A stretch of DNA of 64,000 nt from Mizuhopecten yessoensis (lineage: Eukaryota). The stretch's first letter is position 1. Each line of letters starts with the position of its first letter. The stretch covers positions 9,687 to 73,686 of the forward strand of contig NW_018407865.1 in assembly GCF_002113885.1 (NCBI RefSeq), written 5' to 3'. Shown in pieces: positions 14,230 to 29,400 of the stretch. The notes under the pieces were generated by a model, which was not told the DNA's origin, searched no databases, and saw nothing but the letters and a program-made list of their open reading frames with translations. The position numbers and the translations under genes were made by a program.

Positions 14230-16490
14230 CAAGATATTTATATTCTTTAGTCATGTCTATATTATGGTTACTAAAAAATATAAAAAATATAAAAAAGATG
14301 TTCTTGTTCTTATCATATGTATCAAGATAAGATCGAACATGTTAATCAAAGGGTACAAATACATTGGTTATCAGATTTCTGAGATAGAACATTTTCTCTG
14401 TATTTTTTGGCCATTTTTACGAAGCATTCAAATTATTCAGTTTCATATTGAAATGAAAAATATCGGAATTACAAGAAGGATGTAAATACGATACTAAAAG
14501 ATAGATTCGAACATAAAAAAAAATATATCTAATGAAAGAGAAACAAACATCAGAATGGCACCAGTTTTGTTCTATTTCCAACATAACTAAATCTGATATA
14601 TTTAATAAGAACAAGACTGCGTATTTATTGTAGTTATTGTTGTCTAATTTATTTTTTCTAAATTCCTGCACAGCATATCATTTAAACAAAAAATTAAAAC
14701 ATAAGTATTACGAAAACATTAAATATATCAATAGGCTCTCCACTATTCTGGAATATGAAACATCAACAACTAATTTCAAGGATATTAACCTTTCTTGTCC
14801 TTTATGAATGCAAAACCTTGCACAATACAACTTCCGGGGTTAATATAATGACAAAGCTCATGCATCCAAGACTTCTTAGAAAAGATAATATTCCGTTTAA
14901 GGAACACGTGAAAGATAAATGTAACACACATACAGATGATTGCAGTTTTAAAATTTGGTTATAGATTCCAGTATGCCTAAAAATGAAATACACTGCATCA
15001 TACAGCTATTTCGTCCTTCGAGGAATCGTTGGTGATGCTAGTTATCATAAGTACTTTTGAAACAGAAGCAGAGATGCGTAAAACCCTTTATTTACGATTT
15101 TCAAAATTTAGAGGAAGACCATGTGAAAATCACACACGGAAAATGAGAACCACACATCGTAATCGCAAAGAGAGTTTTTTTATCCATTTCCTTCGCAACT
15201 TACAATAATCCTTGTGATATTTAGAACAATCGAATCGATTTTAAAAAAAAATCCTTCGGAATATTGCATAGCCTGCCAATGATGGAGTGGATTATTGGTC
15301 AGTTTTCGGTCACAGATCACTTTGAGTCGTTCTTTTAATATCCGTTAACCCAATAATGTTTTTCATAACCTCACAAGTCTTTTGTGTAACCCCCCATGAC
15401 TTCCTGTAGGACCGACGTAGCGTGAAATCACCTGCTCTTTATTTCTTTTGTAATCAAATATATAATAACTTAGTATGTAACTAAGTTTTATTTATAACTC
15501 TTTTCAAATAATGATTGAAAGCTTTGATACACATTTGTACAGAAATCATCTTCCAGGAACATATACGTTTATCCATAGAAGTGACAAGTCAGCATATCTG
15601 ATATATATAAATGTATGACCACCGAAGAGGATATATGTGAGGTTGTTCTTATTTTAACGGCAATGTGTATCCATATCACGTAGCCTCTCCCTTCAATACA
15701 ATGGATGCTACTTTACGAGGAAAATAACCAGACTATAAAGGTAGGACCTACTAAGATAGAATGGAGTAAGTTTGAAGTAGGGCACTGTTATGTCTACTTC
15801 ACTGGTCTTATTCAGTTTGTATTCTTCATTTAAAGTATATATCATATCGGTTGATTCTGTAGTATTTGTCTCATCTCTTAATTTAAGGATGACGCGTTTA
15901 CCTTCATCGGTAGATGGCTAACTGTGAACTAGGTGTTTCTTTGAGAAGTAAGATTATGTTACCTGTATATCTTGTGTGACTTCGGTAGCGTTTTAGATCT
16001 GTTACCTTGTGCTTGGTCCTGTCAATCCTGAATGATTCAATCATGTAATGTTTGCGTGTTCGTAGCAGACTTTTACAAAAGAACTTGAAAATTAAAGTGC
16101 TGCCAAGTTGTCTTCTGATAACTGTGGTCATTGGGTATAGTTAGACAGCAATTCGTTATTGTGCAAAACGAATAACAAAAATCGAAACACGGATGAAATT
16201 TTCGTTGATCTATGTTGTTCGATTTCTTTATTTTTGTGATTTTTTTCACTGGTGACTTCAGTCCGTTTCGATGTCTGTTGATTTTACTTTAACGGCCTAG
16301 CGCTATGAAGTGGTATACCATTGCCTTGTAAACGTTTTCCTTTATGCATGTTTTTGATTGATTGGAACGATATTTGACCAATCATCTGTCACCTTGTCGC
16401 TAAATACAGTTCTGAACCTCTTCTTATGAATCGTTCTACATTTGTGGGTCTTATTTTAAATCCTGGGTGTCGTTGGAGATAAGGTTTGAT
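14230..16490 (-). pseudogene. Diverged Penelope-like unit (N-terminal/GIY-YIG-linker part)
   Basis: Visible nucleotide similarity to the 3-kb tandem unit: 15545-15725 vs 21055-21285, 15125-15170 vs 20597-20645, 15275-15302 vs 20797-20826. Confidence 0.7.
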
Positions 16491-19400
16491 TTAAGATTTG
16501 TTTACCGTTAGGACACAAGAATGGTATAATGAAATGTTTTCAAAATCGTAATTCGAACTTCATATGGTTGAAACAAAGATTTATGTAAAATTCAAGTAAG
16601 GTCGCGTTCTCAAAATGAGACACAGGGTAGTGACACCGAAACAACCAAGAAATCTAGTGAGCTTTATCAAAACTGTCGATATTCTGATCTTACAAGAAAG
16701 AAAATATTTCCACATGAGATCATGAATGCAACTACAGAACTTGTTCATTGTCTTCATCAACTGACTTATCTCGGAACACCGTAGGTGGCGACAGAAGAGT
16801 TTTAGGTCAAATTCAGAAATTTAAGATCGAAATTATTCACATATCTAAGTAATTCGCCGTCCTATTTGGCTATATTGTAAGTGAAGATCGATATAAGCGG
16901 AAAATGCAAAAGAGGCTGTCGTGTCTTACATTTCAAGCTGATAAGGGTATATATATGTTGAGACAAACCAACTTCAATAGATCTGAAGAGACTTGATGAA
17001 CGTTGCCACGCGTTCGTTGTTTGTTCTAGTAAGCGTTTTGCTAATTCAATCTCATGTGAAAACAAAAAGAGGTCGGCCAAGAGTGGAACACAATTTGTCC
17101 CCATGGTTTTGCCAACAGCTGCAGGAATATCTTGCCATCAATCTCATCCAAGTTATTGTTATGCAGAAATTCAACCATACTCATGATTTCAAAACTGTAA
17201 ACGTAATCTTGGTATTTGTCAACACTGACAAGTTTTGGACTAATTGGTATTTTGTATGGTGTTGTATGGTGTTGTACAGTGTCGTAAAGTCAAATGTTCA
17301 TTTTTGTTGAGAGATTGGTGCAGCTTTATCAAAGGGTCTTTAAAAACAACATTTAATAAATTTCATTCATGTAGTGGTTTGGACATCAGGGTATAGAACT
17401 ATAGACTTGTGTTTTATGGTAGCGTCCTCTCCGTCGTTTTAGTTACTGTGTCTATATACATGTTCTAAGTAATTTTAAGTCTCGGAGGTGTTTTTTCCGG
17501 TTGAAAAAGGAAGGGATTTCTGAAAGAACCGACTGTTACTGTGCTCTTATGCATATAGTTATGCCATACAAATATCTGAAAAAACAAAAGTGCAATGGAA
17601 TAAATGGTTTGATATTACTAGGAAAGACTTCAGTAATTCGTTGGATAAAAGATTGTTTTTTGGCCAGCTATTTTTTTTTTTTGTGTTGCATCTTGTTATT
17701 ATTAAGATGTTGAAAGATTGGTTTCTGCCTTCTTTGGATTTGCTCTCAATCTTGTTCAAAAAATGGAAAAAATATTTTTTTAGAGCCGCTTTATGTTTTC
17801 TTTGTAGTTTGTAACTTATCGGTGAAAACGTTGGGAGCAGGGAAGCCCTTTATGGTTCTAGATCTGATATATTTGTAAGGATTAAGACTACGTAAGTTTT
17901 GAATGTTTTGTCGAATCATTTGTAAGGATTAAGACTTCGAAGTTTTGAAAAAAGAATTGTCGAATATATGTTACCTTCTATAAATCGCTTCATTTTAATA
18001 TGAGTTGTAATAACGGTATTTCTGAAACATTTATCATATCAATTGACCTTTTCACTATCCTGGTATATATTGCTTAAGCGAATTATTTCAAATATCTTTT
18101 CCTTTTAGGGATGAAATTAAAATTTTGTCTCCAGTTTCTTGTTTTCCTTTTAGAATTGAGGATCTTAAACAGGAAATTCCAGTGTTGATAGAACGGCAGA
18201 TGCTACTTTAACGACAAAACATTACTTCTTGGTAAGGTGAATAATCCAATAAAGGAACACAACCAAAACACACACGAAAAATGACGCACATATATGGTAA
18301 TCCCCTGGAAAGTTATTTTGATGCATTACATCGCTTATTAACAATTTCAATGACACCGCATTGTAATCCTCTTGAAATAAAGAATATTCCATTCCATCGA
18401 AAAGTGGTACTCTGTAGTTAAAATTTCCAAAAAAAGTGTTGATCTTTCAGATNNNNNNNNNNNNNNNNNNNNNNNNNNNNNNNNNNNNNNNNNNNNNNNN
18501 NNNNNNNNNNNNNNNNNNNNNNNNNNNNNNNNNNNNNNNNNNNNNNNNNNNNNNNNNNNNNNNNNNNNNNNNNNNNNNNNNNNNNNNNNNNNNNNNNNNN
18601 NNNNNNNNNNNNNNNNNNNNNNNNNNNNNNNNNNNNNNNNNNNNNNNNNNNNNNNNNNNNNNNNNNNNNNNNNNNNNNNNNNNNNNNNNNNNNNNNNNNN
18701 NNNNNNNNNNNNNNNNNNNNNNNNNNNNNNNNNNNNNNNNNNNNNNNNNNNNNNNNNNNNNNNNNNNNNNNNNNNNNNNNNNNNNNNNNNNNNNNNNNNN
18801 NNNNNNNNNNNNNNNNNNNNNNNNNTTTTTTTCAAGGAGACAATTAGAGAACTGTACGGAAATAAGAACGGATATTTCGGAAGTAAGGCGTCTTGTGTTT
18901 CGTTAACGACACCTGCAATATAAATTTATGTAAAATTCAAGTAAGGTCGCGTTCTCAAAATGAGAAACAGGGTAGTGACACCGAAACAACCAAGAAATCT
19001 AGTGAGCTTTATCAAAACTGTCGATATTCTGATCTTACAAGAAAGAAATATTTTCCACATGAGATCATGAATGCAACTACAGAACTTGTTCATTATCTTC
19101 ATAAACTTACTTATATCGGAACACCGTAGGTGGCGAAAGAAGATTTTTAGGTCAAATTCAGAAATTTAAGATCGAAATTATTCATATAGCTAAGTAATTC
19201 ACCGTCCTATTTGGCTATATTGTAAGTGAAGATCGATGCAAAAGAGGCTGTAGTGTCTTTGATTTCAAGTTGATAAGGGTATATATATATTGAGACGAAT
19301 CAACTTCAATAGATCTGAAGAGAACTTGATGAACGTTGCCACGCGTTCGTTGTCTGTTCTAGTAAGCGTTTTGCTAATTCAATCTCATGTGAAAACAAAA

Positions 19401-22400
19401 AGAGGTCGGCCAAGAGTGGAACACAATTTGTCCCCATGGTTTTGCCAACAGCTGCAGGAATATCTTGCCATCAATCTCATCCAAGTTATTGTTATGCAGG
19501 AATTCAACCATACTCATGATTTCAAAACTGTAAACGTAATCTTGGTATTTGTCAACACTGACAAGTTTTGGACTAATTGGTATTTTGTATGGTGTTGTAT
19601 GGTGTTGTACAGTGTCGTAAAGTCAAATGTTCATTTTTGTTGAGAGATTGGTGCAACTTTATCAAAGGGTCTTTAAAAACAACATTTAATAAATTCCATT
19701 CCTGTAGTGGTTTGGACATCAGGGTATAGAACTATAGACTTGTGTTTTATGGTAGCGTCCTCTCCGTCGTTTTAGTTACTGTGTCTATATACATGTTCTA
19801 TATAATTTTAAGTCTCGGAGAGGGTTTTTTTCCGGTTGAAAAAGGAAGGGATTTCTGAAAGAACCGACTGTTACTGTGCTCTTATGCATATAGTTATGCC
19901 ATACAAATATCTGAAAAAACAAAAGTGCAATGGAATAAATGGTTTGATATTACTAGGAAAGACTTCAGTAATTCGTTGGATAAAAGATTGTTTTTTTGCC
20001 AGCTTTTTTTTTGTGTTGCATCTTGTTATTATTATGATGTTGAAAGATTGGTTTCTGCCTTCTTTAGGATTTGCTCTCAATCTTGTTAAAAAAATGGAAA
20101 AAATATTTTTTCAGAGCCGCTTTATGTTTTCTTTGTAGTTTGCAACTTATCGGTGAAAACGTTGGGAGCAGGGAAGCCCTTTATGGTTCTAGATCTGATA
20201 TATTTGTAAGGATTAAGACTGTGTAAGTTTTGAATATGTTTTGTCGAATCATTTGTAAGGATTAAGACTTCGAAGTTTTGAAAAAAAAATTGTCGAATAT
20301 ATGTTACCTTCTATAAATCGCTTCATTTTAATATGAGTTGTAATAACGGTATTTCTGAAACATTTATCATATCAATTGATTTTTTCACTATCCTGGTATA
20401 TATTGCTTAAGCGAATTATTTCAAATATCTTTTCCTTTTAGGGATGAAATTAAAATTTTGTCTCCAGTTTCTTGTTTTCCTTTTAGAATTGAGGATCTTA
20501 AACAGGAAATTCCAGTGTTGATAGAACGGCAGATGCTACTTTAACGACAAAACATTACTTCTTGGTAAGGTGAATAATCCAATAAAGGAACACAACCAAA
20601 ACACACACGAAAAATGACGCACATATATGGTAATCCCCTGGAAAGTTATTTTGATGCATTACATCGCTTATTAACAATTTCAATGACACCGCATTGTAAT
20701 CCTCTTGAAATAAAGAATATTCCATTCCATCGAAAAGTGGTACTCTGTAGTTAAAATTTCCAAAAAAAGTGTTGATCTTTCAGATGATTGAATATCCTGG
20801 CAATGATTGAGTGTATTCTTGGTCAGCATACTGCAATAGATCCCATGGTATCGTCCTTTGGTATCCGTCGACCTGATTATACCTTCTATAAAACCTCCCA
20901 GTACTTCCAGCTTGTCTGACGTATCATGGAATCATCTGTGACTGATTTCTCGTGCAATCAAATATGAAACAGCTGTATGTAAACTAGTTTTATGTGGAAC
21001 TCTTTTCAAATCCTGTTGAACGCTTTCTAAGCAATTTGTACTGAAATAACTATCATCTTACAGGGGCGTAAACTTTCATCTAGAGAAGTGACCAATTAGC
21101 ATATATGTTTTATACATGACCACCGAGGAAGATATCTGTGTGGTTGTTCCTATTTAAAAGCCCATGTGTATTCATATCACGTAGTCTCTCCGTTCAATAC
21201 AATGAATGTTATCATAAAGAATGATAAATGCAAAATTTTATTGAAATTTATCCATTATAAAATTGTGACCTGCACTTTACGAGGAAAATCTTGCGCTGTG
21301 GAGGTGGCACATACTTAAGATAAACCGGAGTTAGTTTGAAGGTGAGAACCGTAATGTCTGCTCCACTGGTTTCATTCAATTTGTATTCTTTCTTTAAAGT
21401 ATTTAACAGTTCTTGACTCTCCCGTATGTGTCTTATCTATTAATGTAAGAATAGTACCTTAACCACTCTAACGGTAGATGTTGCAATAAATGCATCCCTT
21501 GCACTGTAAAAGAGTTTTTCATTCTTTATATGTAAAAATCTGTTACCTTGTGTCGCATCTCAAAAATCCGGAAATGTTTCTATCATGCCAGTATGTTGTC
21601 TTTTATAAGCCGTTGTTCGTTTCTTCAGCCTTTTGATTCTTTCTATGTGCAAGATCTTTTCATCCAGACAGCTGTTATGGAGTTTTGTTGTCTCCATTCT
21701 ACTTTCCATTTATTTATATCTTGATTTGTTTACCGTTAGGACACAACAATGGTATAATGAAATGATTTCAAAATCGTAATTCGAACTTCATATGGATGAA
21801 ACAATAGGGATATATAAAAAGGGATGTTTTTTTCAAGGAGACAATTAGAGAACTGTACGGAAATAAGAACGGATATTTCGGAAGTAAGGCGTCTTGTGTT
21901 TCGTTAACGACACCTGCAATATAAATTTATGTAATATTCAAGTAAGGTCGCGTTCTCAAAATGAGAAACAGGGTAGTGACACCGAAACAACCAAGAAATC
22001 TAGTGAGCTTTATCAAAACTGTCGATATTCTGATCTTACAAGAAAGAAATATTTTCCACATGAGATCATGAATGCAACTACAGAACTTGTTCATTATCTT
22101 CATAAACTTACTTATATCGGAACACCGTAGGTGGCGAAAGAAGATTTTTAGGTCAAATTCAGAAATTTAAGATCGAAATTATTCATATAGCTAAGTAATT
22201 CACCGTCCTATTTGGCTATATTGTAAGTGAAGATCGATGCAAAAGAGGCTGTAGTGTCTTTGATTTCAAGCTGATAAGGGTATATATATATTAAGACGAA
22301 TCAACTTCAATAGATCTGAAGAGAACTTGATGAACGTTGCCACGCGTTCGTTGTCTGTTCTAATAAGCTTTTTGCTAATTCAATCTCATGTGAAAACAAA

Positions 22401-24720
22401 AAGAAGTCGGCCAAGAGTGGAACACAATTTGTCCCCATGGTTTTGCCAACAGCTGCAGGAATATCTTGCCATCAATCTCATCCAAGTTATTGTTAAGCAT
22501 GAATTCAACCATACTCATGATTTCAAAACTGTAAACGTAATCTTGGTATTTGTCAAAACTGACAAGTTTTGGACTAATTGGTATTTTGTATGGTGTTGTA
22601 TGGTATTGTACAGTGTCGTAAAGTCAAATGTTCATTTTTGTGGAGAGATTGATGCAGCTTTATCAAAGGGTCTTTAAAAACAACATTTAATAAATTTCAT
22701 TCCTGTAGTGGTTTGGACATCAGGGTATAGAACTATAGACTTGTGCTTTATGGTAGCGTCCTCTCCGTCGTTTTAGTTACTGTGTCTATATACATGTTCT
22801 AAGTAATTCTTAGTCTCGGAGATGTTTTTTTCCGGTTGAAAAAGGAAGGGATTTCTGAAAGAACCGACTGTTACTGTGCTCTTATGCATTTGGTTATGCC
22901 ATACAAATATCTGAAAAACAAAGGGGAATGGAATAAATGGTTTTATATTACTAAGAATGACTTAAGTAACTCGTTGGATAAAGGTTTGTTTTTTCGCCAG
23001 ATAAATGTTTGTGTTGCATCTTGTTATTATTAAGATGTTGACAGATTGGTTTCTGCCTTCTTTAGGATTTGCTCTCCATCTTGTTAAAAAAAATGGAAAA
23101 AATAGAGCCGCTTGAGGTTTTCTTTGCAATTTGCAGTTTATCGATGAAAACGTTGGAAGCAGGGAAGCCCTTTATGGTTCTAGATCTGATATATTTGTAA
23201 CGATTAAGACTACGCAAGTTTTGAATATGTTTTGTCGAATCATTTGTAAGGATTAAGACTTCGAAGTTTTGAAAAAAAAAAATTGTCGAATATATGTTAC
23301 CTTCTATAAATCGCTTCATTTTAATATTAGTTGTAATAACGGTATTTCTGAAACATTTTTCATATCAATTGACCTTTTCACTATCCTGGTATATATTGCT
23401 TAAGCGAATTATTTCAAATATCATTTCCTTTTAAAGATGAAATTAAATTTTCACCCCAGCGTCTTGTTTTCCGTTTAGAGTTTAGATCCTTAAACAGGAA
23501 ATTCCCAGTGTTAATAAAACGGCAGATGTCACTTTAACGACAAAAAATTACTCCTTGGTAAGGTGAATAATCCAACAAAGAAACACAACCAAAACACACA
23601 CGAAAAATGACGCACATATATGGTAATCCCCTGGAAAGTTATTTTGATGCATAACATCGCTTATTAACAATTTCAATGACACCGCATTGTAATCCTCTTG
23701 AAATAAAGAATAATACATTCCATCGAAAAGTGGTACTCTGCAGTTAAAATTTCCAAAAAAAGTGTTGATCTTTCAGATGATTGAAAATCCTGGCAATGAT
23801 GAAGTGTATTCTTGGTCAGCATATTGCAATAGATCCCATGGTATCGACCTTTGGTATCCGTCGACCTGATTATACCTTCTATAAAACCTCGCAGTACTTC
23901 CAGCTTGTCTGACGTATCATGGAATCATCTGTGACTGATTTCTTGTGCAAACAAATATAAAACAGCTGTATGTCAACTAATTTTATTTGGAACTGTTTTC
24001 AAAACCTGTTGAACGCTTTCTAAGCAATTTGTACTGAAATAACTGTCATCTTACAGGGGCGTAAACTTTCATCTAGAGAAGTGACCAATTAGCATATATG
24101 ATTTATATATAACCACCAAGGAAGATATCTGTGAGGTTGTTCCTATTTAAAAGCCCATGTGTATTCATATCACGTAGTCTCTCCGTTAAATACAATGAAT
24201 GTTATCATACAGAATTATAGATGCAAAATTTTATTGAAATTTATCCATTATAAAATTGTGACCGGCACTTTACGAGGAAAATCTTCCGCTCTGGAGGTGG
24301 CACATACTTGAGATAAAACGGAGTTAGTTTAAAGGTGAGAACCGTAATGTCTGCTCCACTGGTTTCATTCAATTTGTATTCTTTCTTTAAAGTATGTAAC
24401 AGTTCTTGACTCTCCCGTGTGTGTCTTATCTATTAAAGTAAGAATAGTACCTTAACCACTTTAACTGTAGATGCTGCAATAAATGCATCCCTTGCACTGT
24501 AAAAGAATTTTTCATTCTTTATATGTAAAAATCTGTTACCTTGTATCACATCTCAAAATTCCGGAATGTTTCAATCATGCCAGTATGTTGTCTTTTATAA
24601 GCCATTGTTCGTTTCTTCAGCCTTTTGATTCTTTCTATCTGTATGATTTGTTCATCTAGGCAGCTGTTTATGGAGTTTTGTTGTCTCCATTCTATTTTCC
24701 ATTTATTTATATCTTTATCA
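16490..24720 (-). repeat. Tandem array of ~3.0-kb units, each a pseudogenised Penelope-like element (Naiad-type)
   Basis: Anchor AAGGTCGCGTTCTCAAAATGAGA at 16598, 18943 and 21944 (period 3001 between the last two; the first interval contains a gap). Minus strand shows RT motifs FDFTTLYNTIQH (~17260-17296), MGTNCVPLLADLFLFSHE (from 17104) and YGV..ISQL (~16760-16785), with many stops. Confidence 0.9.
18453..18825. other. Assembly gap inside the tandem array
   Basis: 373 Ns; by homology with the next unit (20786-21826) about 1.04 kb is expected here. Confidence 1.
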
Positions 24721-26480
24721 ACGACATAATCGACATGAGGAATCCTAATCATTTGTGCCTCCAGTGTCCGTTTAAATGTCTATTGTATTGACCTATGGCT
24801 ATAATGTCCAGTGAAGTGTGGGCATATCATTGCCAGGTATTAGTTTTCCTGAATACATATTTTGAAATTGATATAAATGAAATTTGTCCAGACATTTGTC
24901 ATTCCATTACTTCATATTCAAGTCTAGAGTCTCTTCTAACGCATCGTTGTATATTTGTTTAAATATTATTTTACATCTTTTGTAGATGTAAAATAAAATA
25001 AAAAGTAAGATTGATTTCTTTACCGTCAGGACACAACAACAGTATACTGAAATGTTAACCAAATTGTTATTCGATTTCCAAATTGATGAAACGATTGGAA
25101 AATATGACAAAAGGAAAGATTTGCAATGAGTCTGTTGCAGAGATATACGCAAAATAAGACCGGATGTTCTGGGAGTCAAACGTGTTTTGTTTCATTTACG
25201 ACACCCGGCAATGTGCATTCTCAAAGTGAAAAGCGAGGTAATGACTATGAAACAATAAGGAATCATTTTAAGCTAATGCAAATATCTCGATATTCAATAT
25301 CTTACAAAAAAAGACCGTAAGCAACTGATAGGATGAAGGCGACTATAGAAATTGACAATATTCATCAAAAGCATGCTCTACTCAGAACATCGTAGCCGTT
25401 AGAAAGATAATATTTATGTTAAGAAAGAGAATACCTAACATCAAAATGTTTACGCTATAAAATACCTCAGTAGTTCGCCAACCAATTATGCTATACTATT
25501 AGTATTGATCGAGATGAGCGGAAAAATGAAGAAGAGGTTACAGTGATTTGACTTAAAGCTGATGAATGTATATACATTTCAAGGCAAAATAACGTAAAAA
25601 GATCTATAGTGGAACTGTAGGACCTTGCCAGGTGTTTGTTACTTGTCCTGATAATATTTGTTTTATAAAGTCAGGCCGGCATGAAACCAAAAGGAAGTTT
25701 GCCAAGAGTATGACACAGGCTGTCCCTGTGGTTTTGCCACGAGCCTGCAGGAAAACAAGCATTGTTAAGTTTGCTGTAAGAAAACATATGTTATGAAGAA
25801 TCATAAAGATATATGTAAAAATAAGAGATAGCTATTAGAATCGATTTCCATTGTGCTTTTATTCACATTAAGTAATATTGTTTTGCCACAAAAAATGTCT
25901 AAAAAAACCTGGATTTTTTTAATTACAAATATATTCAGTAATCCGATGAATGAAAGTTGTATATAAATGCTGCTAGAGTGGTTATTTTCGCCGCGCTAAT
26001 TTTTTGTCTGGTATCTTGTAATGATTCATGTGCTGTAAAATAGTTTTTTTGCGCCGTTAAATTGTACCAATCAATCTCGAACTATTTAAAATGAAAAGTA
26101 AAGTTTTTCGCATCGCTTAGTGTATGCCCTCTATATTGCAACTAATGTATAAATACTCTAAAAGTAGAAAAACCTGTGATTTCTAGATCGGACATGTTTA
26201 TTAGGAACAAGACGACTAGAGTATTGAATATGGTTTTTGTCGAATATATCTTATCGTCTCTTCATGTTAATTTTAGTTGGAATAACGGTATAAGTAAAAC
26301 ATTTATCTTTTTAACAACTGACTTTTTCACTATCCTGGCATATACTATAGTAGCACATTATCGTTTCCTTTTCAACACGAAATATCTTGAATTTAAGTAC
26401 CTTCAAAAGAAAACTTCGTGTGTTTACATAACGACACAGATTGTTTAAAATAACAAGCATCACTCCTTTAATATAAACTT
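24720..26480 (-). pseudogene. Diverged Penelope-like unit (RT part), interrupted by the CR1 insertion
   Basis: 25022-25095 resembles 21732-21805, 25700-25750 resembles 22410-22460 (TGTACVILLANFLL, cf. MGTNCAPLLADLFL), and 26310-26345 resembles 23365-23400. Confidence 0.8.
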
Positions 26481-29400
26481 TATTTAATTCCAAATTAAAT
26501 ACAGAGGAATGGAATCCGGAAATAAGTTGAAATAACTTATATCAATCAGTTTCCGAGAATTTATCTCATTCATCTGTAAGCTCATCATTCCCGAACAAAA
26601 GTAAATCAGTTGAGAGTGGATGATTGATTTCGTTAAATGTATGTAAACGTAGTTGAGAAAAAAGACAACAAATAATGTTCATTGGTTTCATTTTCTTGCA
26701 TACAAGAACACAGAGGATTATCAATTAGATTTCTCTGGTATAGATAAAACTTGAGAGAACTACACTCCATTCTTAATCTAGCATGATGTATCTGCCCCAG
26801 TCTGGTACCATTAAAGTCGAAAATTTTAATTTTGTGAGCGGGCTTGCGTAGATAGGTTTTAAGTTTATAAATTGAAGGGTCGTTTTTGACATAGTCAGGC
26901 AAGGAGTTCCAGATACTGATGACAGATGGCAAAACAGATTTATTATAGAGACTTGTATGACTAACTAGTGGACGAAAATTATTTCCCGTGTGAGTATCGT
27001 GGTTGTGGCAATTACGGTTACGCTGAGGTAGAATATCTAGAAGATATTGAGGAGCCAGACCATGAACCATTTTGTGGAAAAGAATAAGCTTGTGCTGTTT
27101 ACGTCTTTCCTCGAGGGGAAACCAACCTGTTTCAGTATACAGTTTAATTCTACTTGTGAGTCTAGTGCCGCCAGTGACTATGCGTGCTGCTTCTAATTGA
27201 TATTTTCAGATTGAGCTTTTAGTAAGGCAGTCCCATAATATATCGCCATAGTCTAATATAGGTCGAATCAGAGTGTAGTACATAGTTTGGAGACTATACC
27301 TGTCCAAAGAGAATTTAAATTTACCCAAGATATTATTTTAGGTGAAATCTTAGATATCAAATAACTGATGTGTTCATTCCAATGACCATTTCCAGAGAGA
27401 AAAATACCTCGATGTTTGTGTGTAGTAACTTCAGAGATGTTAGGATTGTTCATATTTAAGGGAGTATGAAAAGGTTTATTGTTTTTTCTACTAATGAGCA
27501 GGGTTTCTGTTTTGGAAGGGTTAAAATTTACTAGCCATCTTTGTGACCAGGTATAAAATATATTAAGGTCACTATTAAGAATGCCTGCGCTGACTCTAGG
27601 AATATCAACAGTTACGTAAAGAGAGGTGTCATCAACGAATAACTTTATTTTAGCTTGTATATCTTTAACAATGTCATTTATATATATCAGAAATAAAAGA
27701 GGTCCAAGAATTGAGCCCTGTGGAACACCAGCCTTAACATTTAACCAATTTGAATTTTTACCATTGATGACAACTCTCTGCTTTCGATCGGAAAGATAAT
27801 TTTCAAACTAACCTAATAGCGAATTTCGAATCCCATAGCTTGTAATTTACAAAGAAGGCCTTTATTCCAAACACGATCGAAAGCTTTATTGATATCACAA
27901 AAGACCATACGTATTTCCTTACCATTGTCTAAGGCTAAATAGATATCATGAATGATCGCAAGAAGTTGATTTGTTGGTGAGTCACCGTGCCTAAAACCAG
28001 ATTGATGGGGGGATAGGAGGGAGTAAGTGTGCAAAGAATTGTAGACATATTTGAAGACACATTTTTCCATTAATTTACCAACAATCGATAGCAGTAATAT
28101 AGGTCTGTAATTAGTTAATATAGACTTGTTATCTTTTTTATGCACAGGGGTGACGTTAGCAAACTTCCGTTCAGATGGGAATAACCCAGATCTAATTGAA
28201 CTGTTAAAAAGATTTCTTAAGGGGACACATATGATATTTACGGGTTCTTTAAGAAGACGAGGATTTACCAGGTCAGAACCAATGGCCTTAGAACAGTCAG
28301 TGGTAAGAATTGCATCTTTGTCATCATTAGCTGTGATGTTAATATCAGATAAGGAATTATTACATTCGTCGTTAATATTAGGGAGATTTACATTGGAGTC
28401 ATCGACTGGGCACAAAAGAAGTCATTAAATAGGCAAGTTTTCTCAAAGTCATCCGAGACAGCGCTATTATTATGAAGCAATGGTGGTATGCAAAATTTAC
28501 CAGAGTTAGGTAATAGTTGCTTTACAGTTTTCCACCATTGTTTAGCACTAATGTTAGAAGGTTTGCGAAGTTCGCTACATAAACTAGAAAATTGGTTAAT
28601 TTGGCGTGCTTGATTGTGTTAACATATTTGTTACGAAGTCGACGAAACTTTGCCCAGTGAGCTTCATTAAGGCTCGCTTGGCTTTTTTTATGAGCGCGCT
28701 TACGTTTACGAATTAATCTCCTTATTTCGTTTGATAGCCAAGGGGGAATACAAGATTTAAAAATAGTAAAATATCTAAGAAATTTTTGACAGCATCATTA
28801 ATATAATCAAAATCACTCAATAAATTCCAGTTAACTGAGCTTAGTTTTCCCCTAAATAAATCGTAATTTCCTAGGTCAAAAGGCCAAACGTTTCGCTTAA
28901 ACACCTGCTGCACTGGCTTTGAAATATTAAAAGAACAGTAAATTGGACAATGATATCTAGCCGGTTGGTCAAGAAAGCTTTCTCCAACTTAACATTTATT
29001 AATAAGGTTTTTACTATTAGTACAGACTATATCTAACAATGACTCAGAGGCTTCTGTATAAAAAGTTGGTGATTCAACAAGCTGAGTTAGATTAAAGGAA
29101 ACAAGTATATCGCGTAAGTGGGACGAATGGTGGTCTAATAGGGCATTTGCATTCAAGTTGCCGGTTATCACAATATGAGAAATGCCTGTATTATACGCTT
29201 TTTCTATAGAATGCGAGATATGGGATCATATGATGACAGGAGAGTTTTGAGGCCGATAAAAAGTACCATATAATATTTTCACTGAACCAAGTACAATTTC
29301 TAACCAGACACATTCAATGGTAGCTATCTCTATATCTGATCTTCTCTTTGCAGGAATATTATATTTTACATAAACCGCCGCCCATTCTAGCAGGTCTACA

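Noticed and set aside
16993-22677. Repeated plus-strand ORFs (MMNVATRS..., MKKEGISER..., MCFVNDTC...) as a tandem gene family
   Set aside because: They are antisense shadows of the PLE RT pseudogene and recur only because of the tandem duplication.
25559-25590. CTGATGA followed by hairpin ATGTATATACAT as a hammerhead
   Set aside because: No GAAA or cleavage triplet follows, and it lies within decayed RT sequence.
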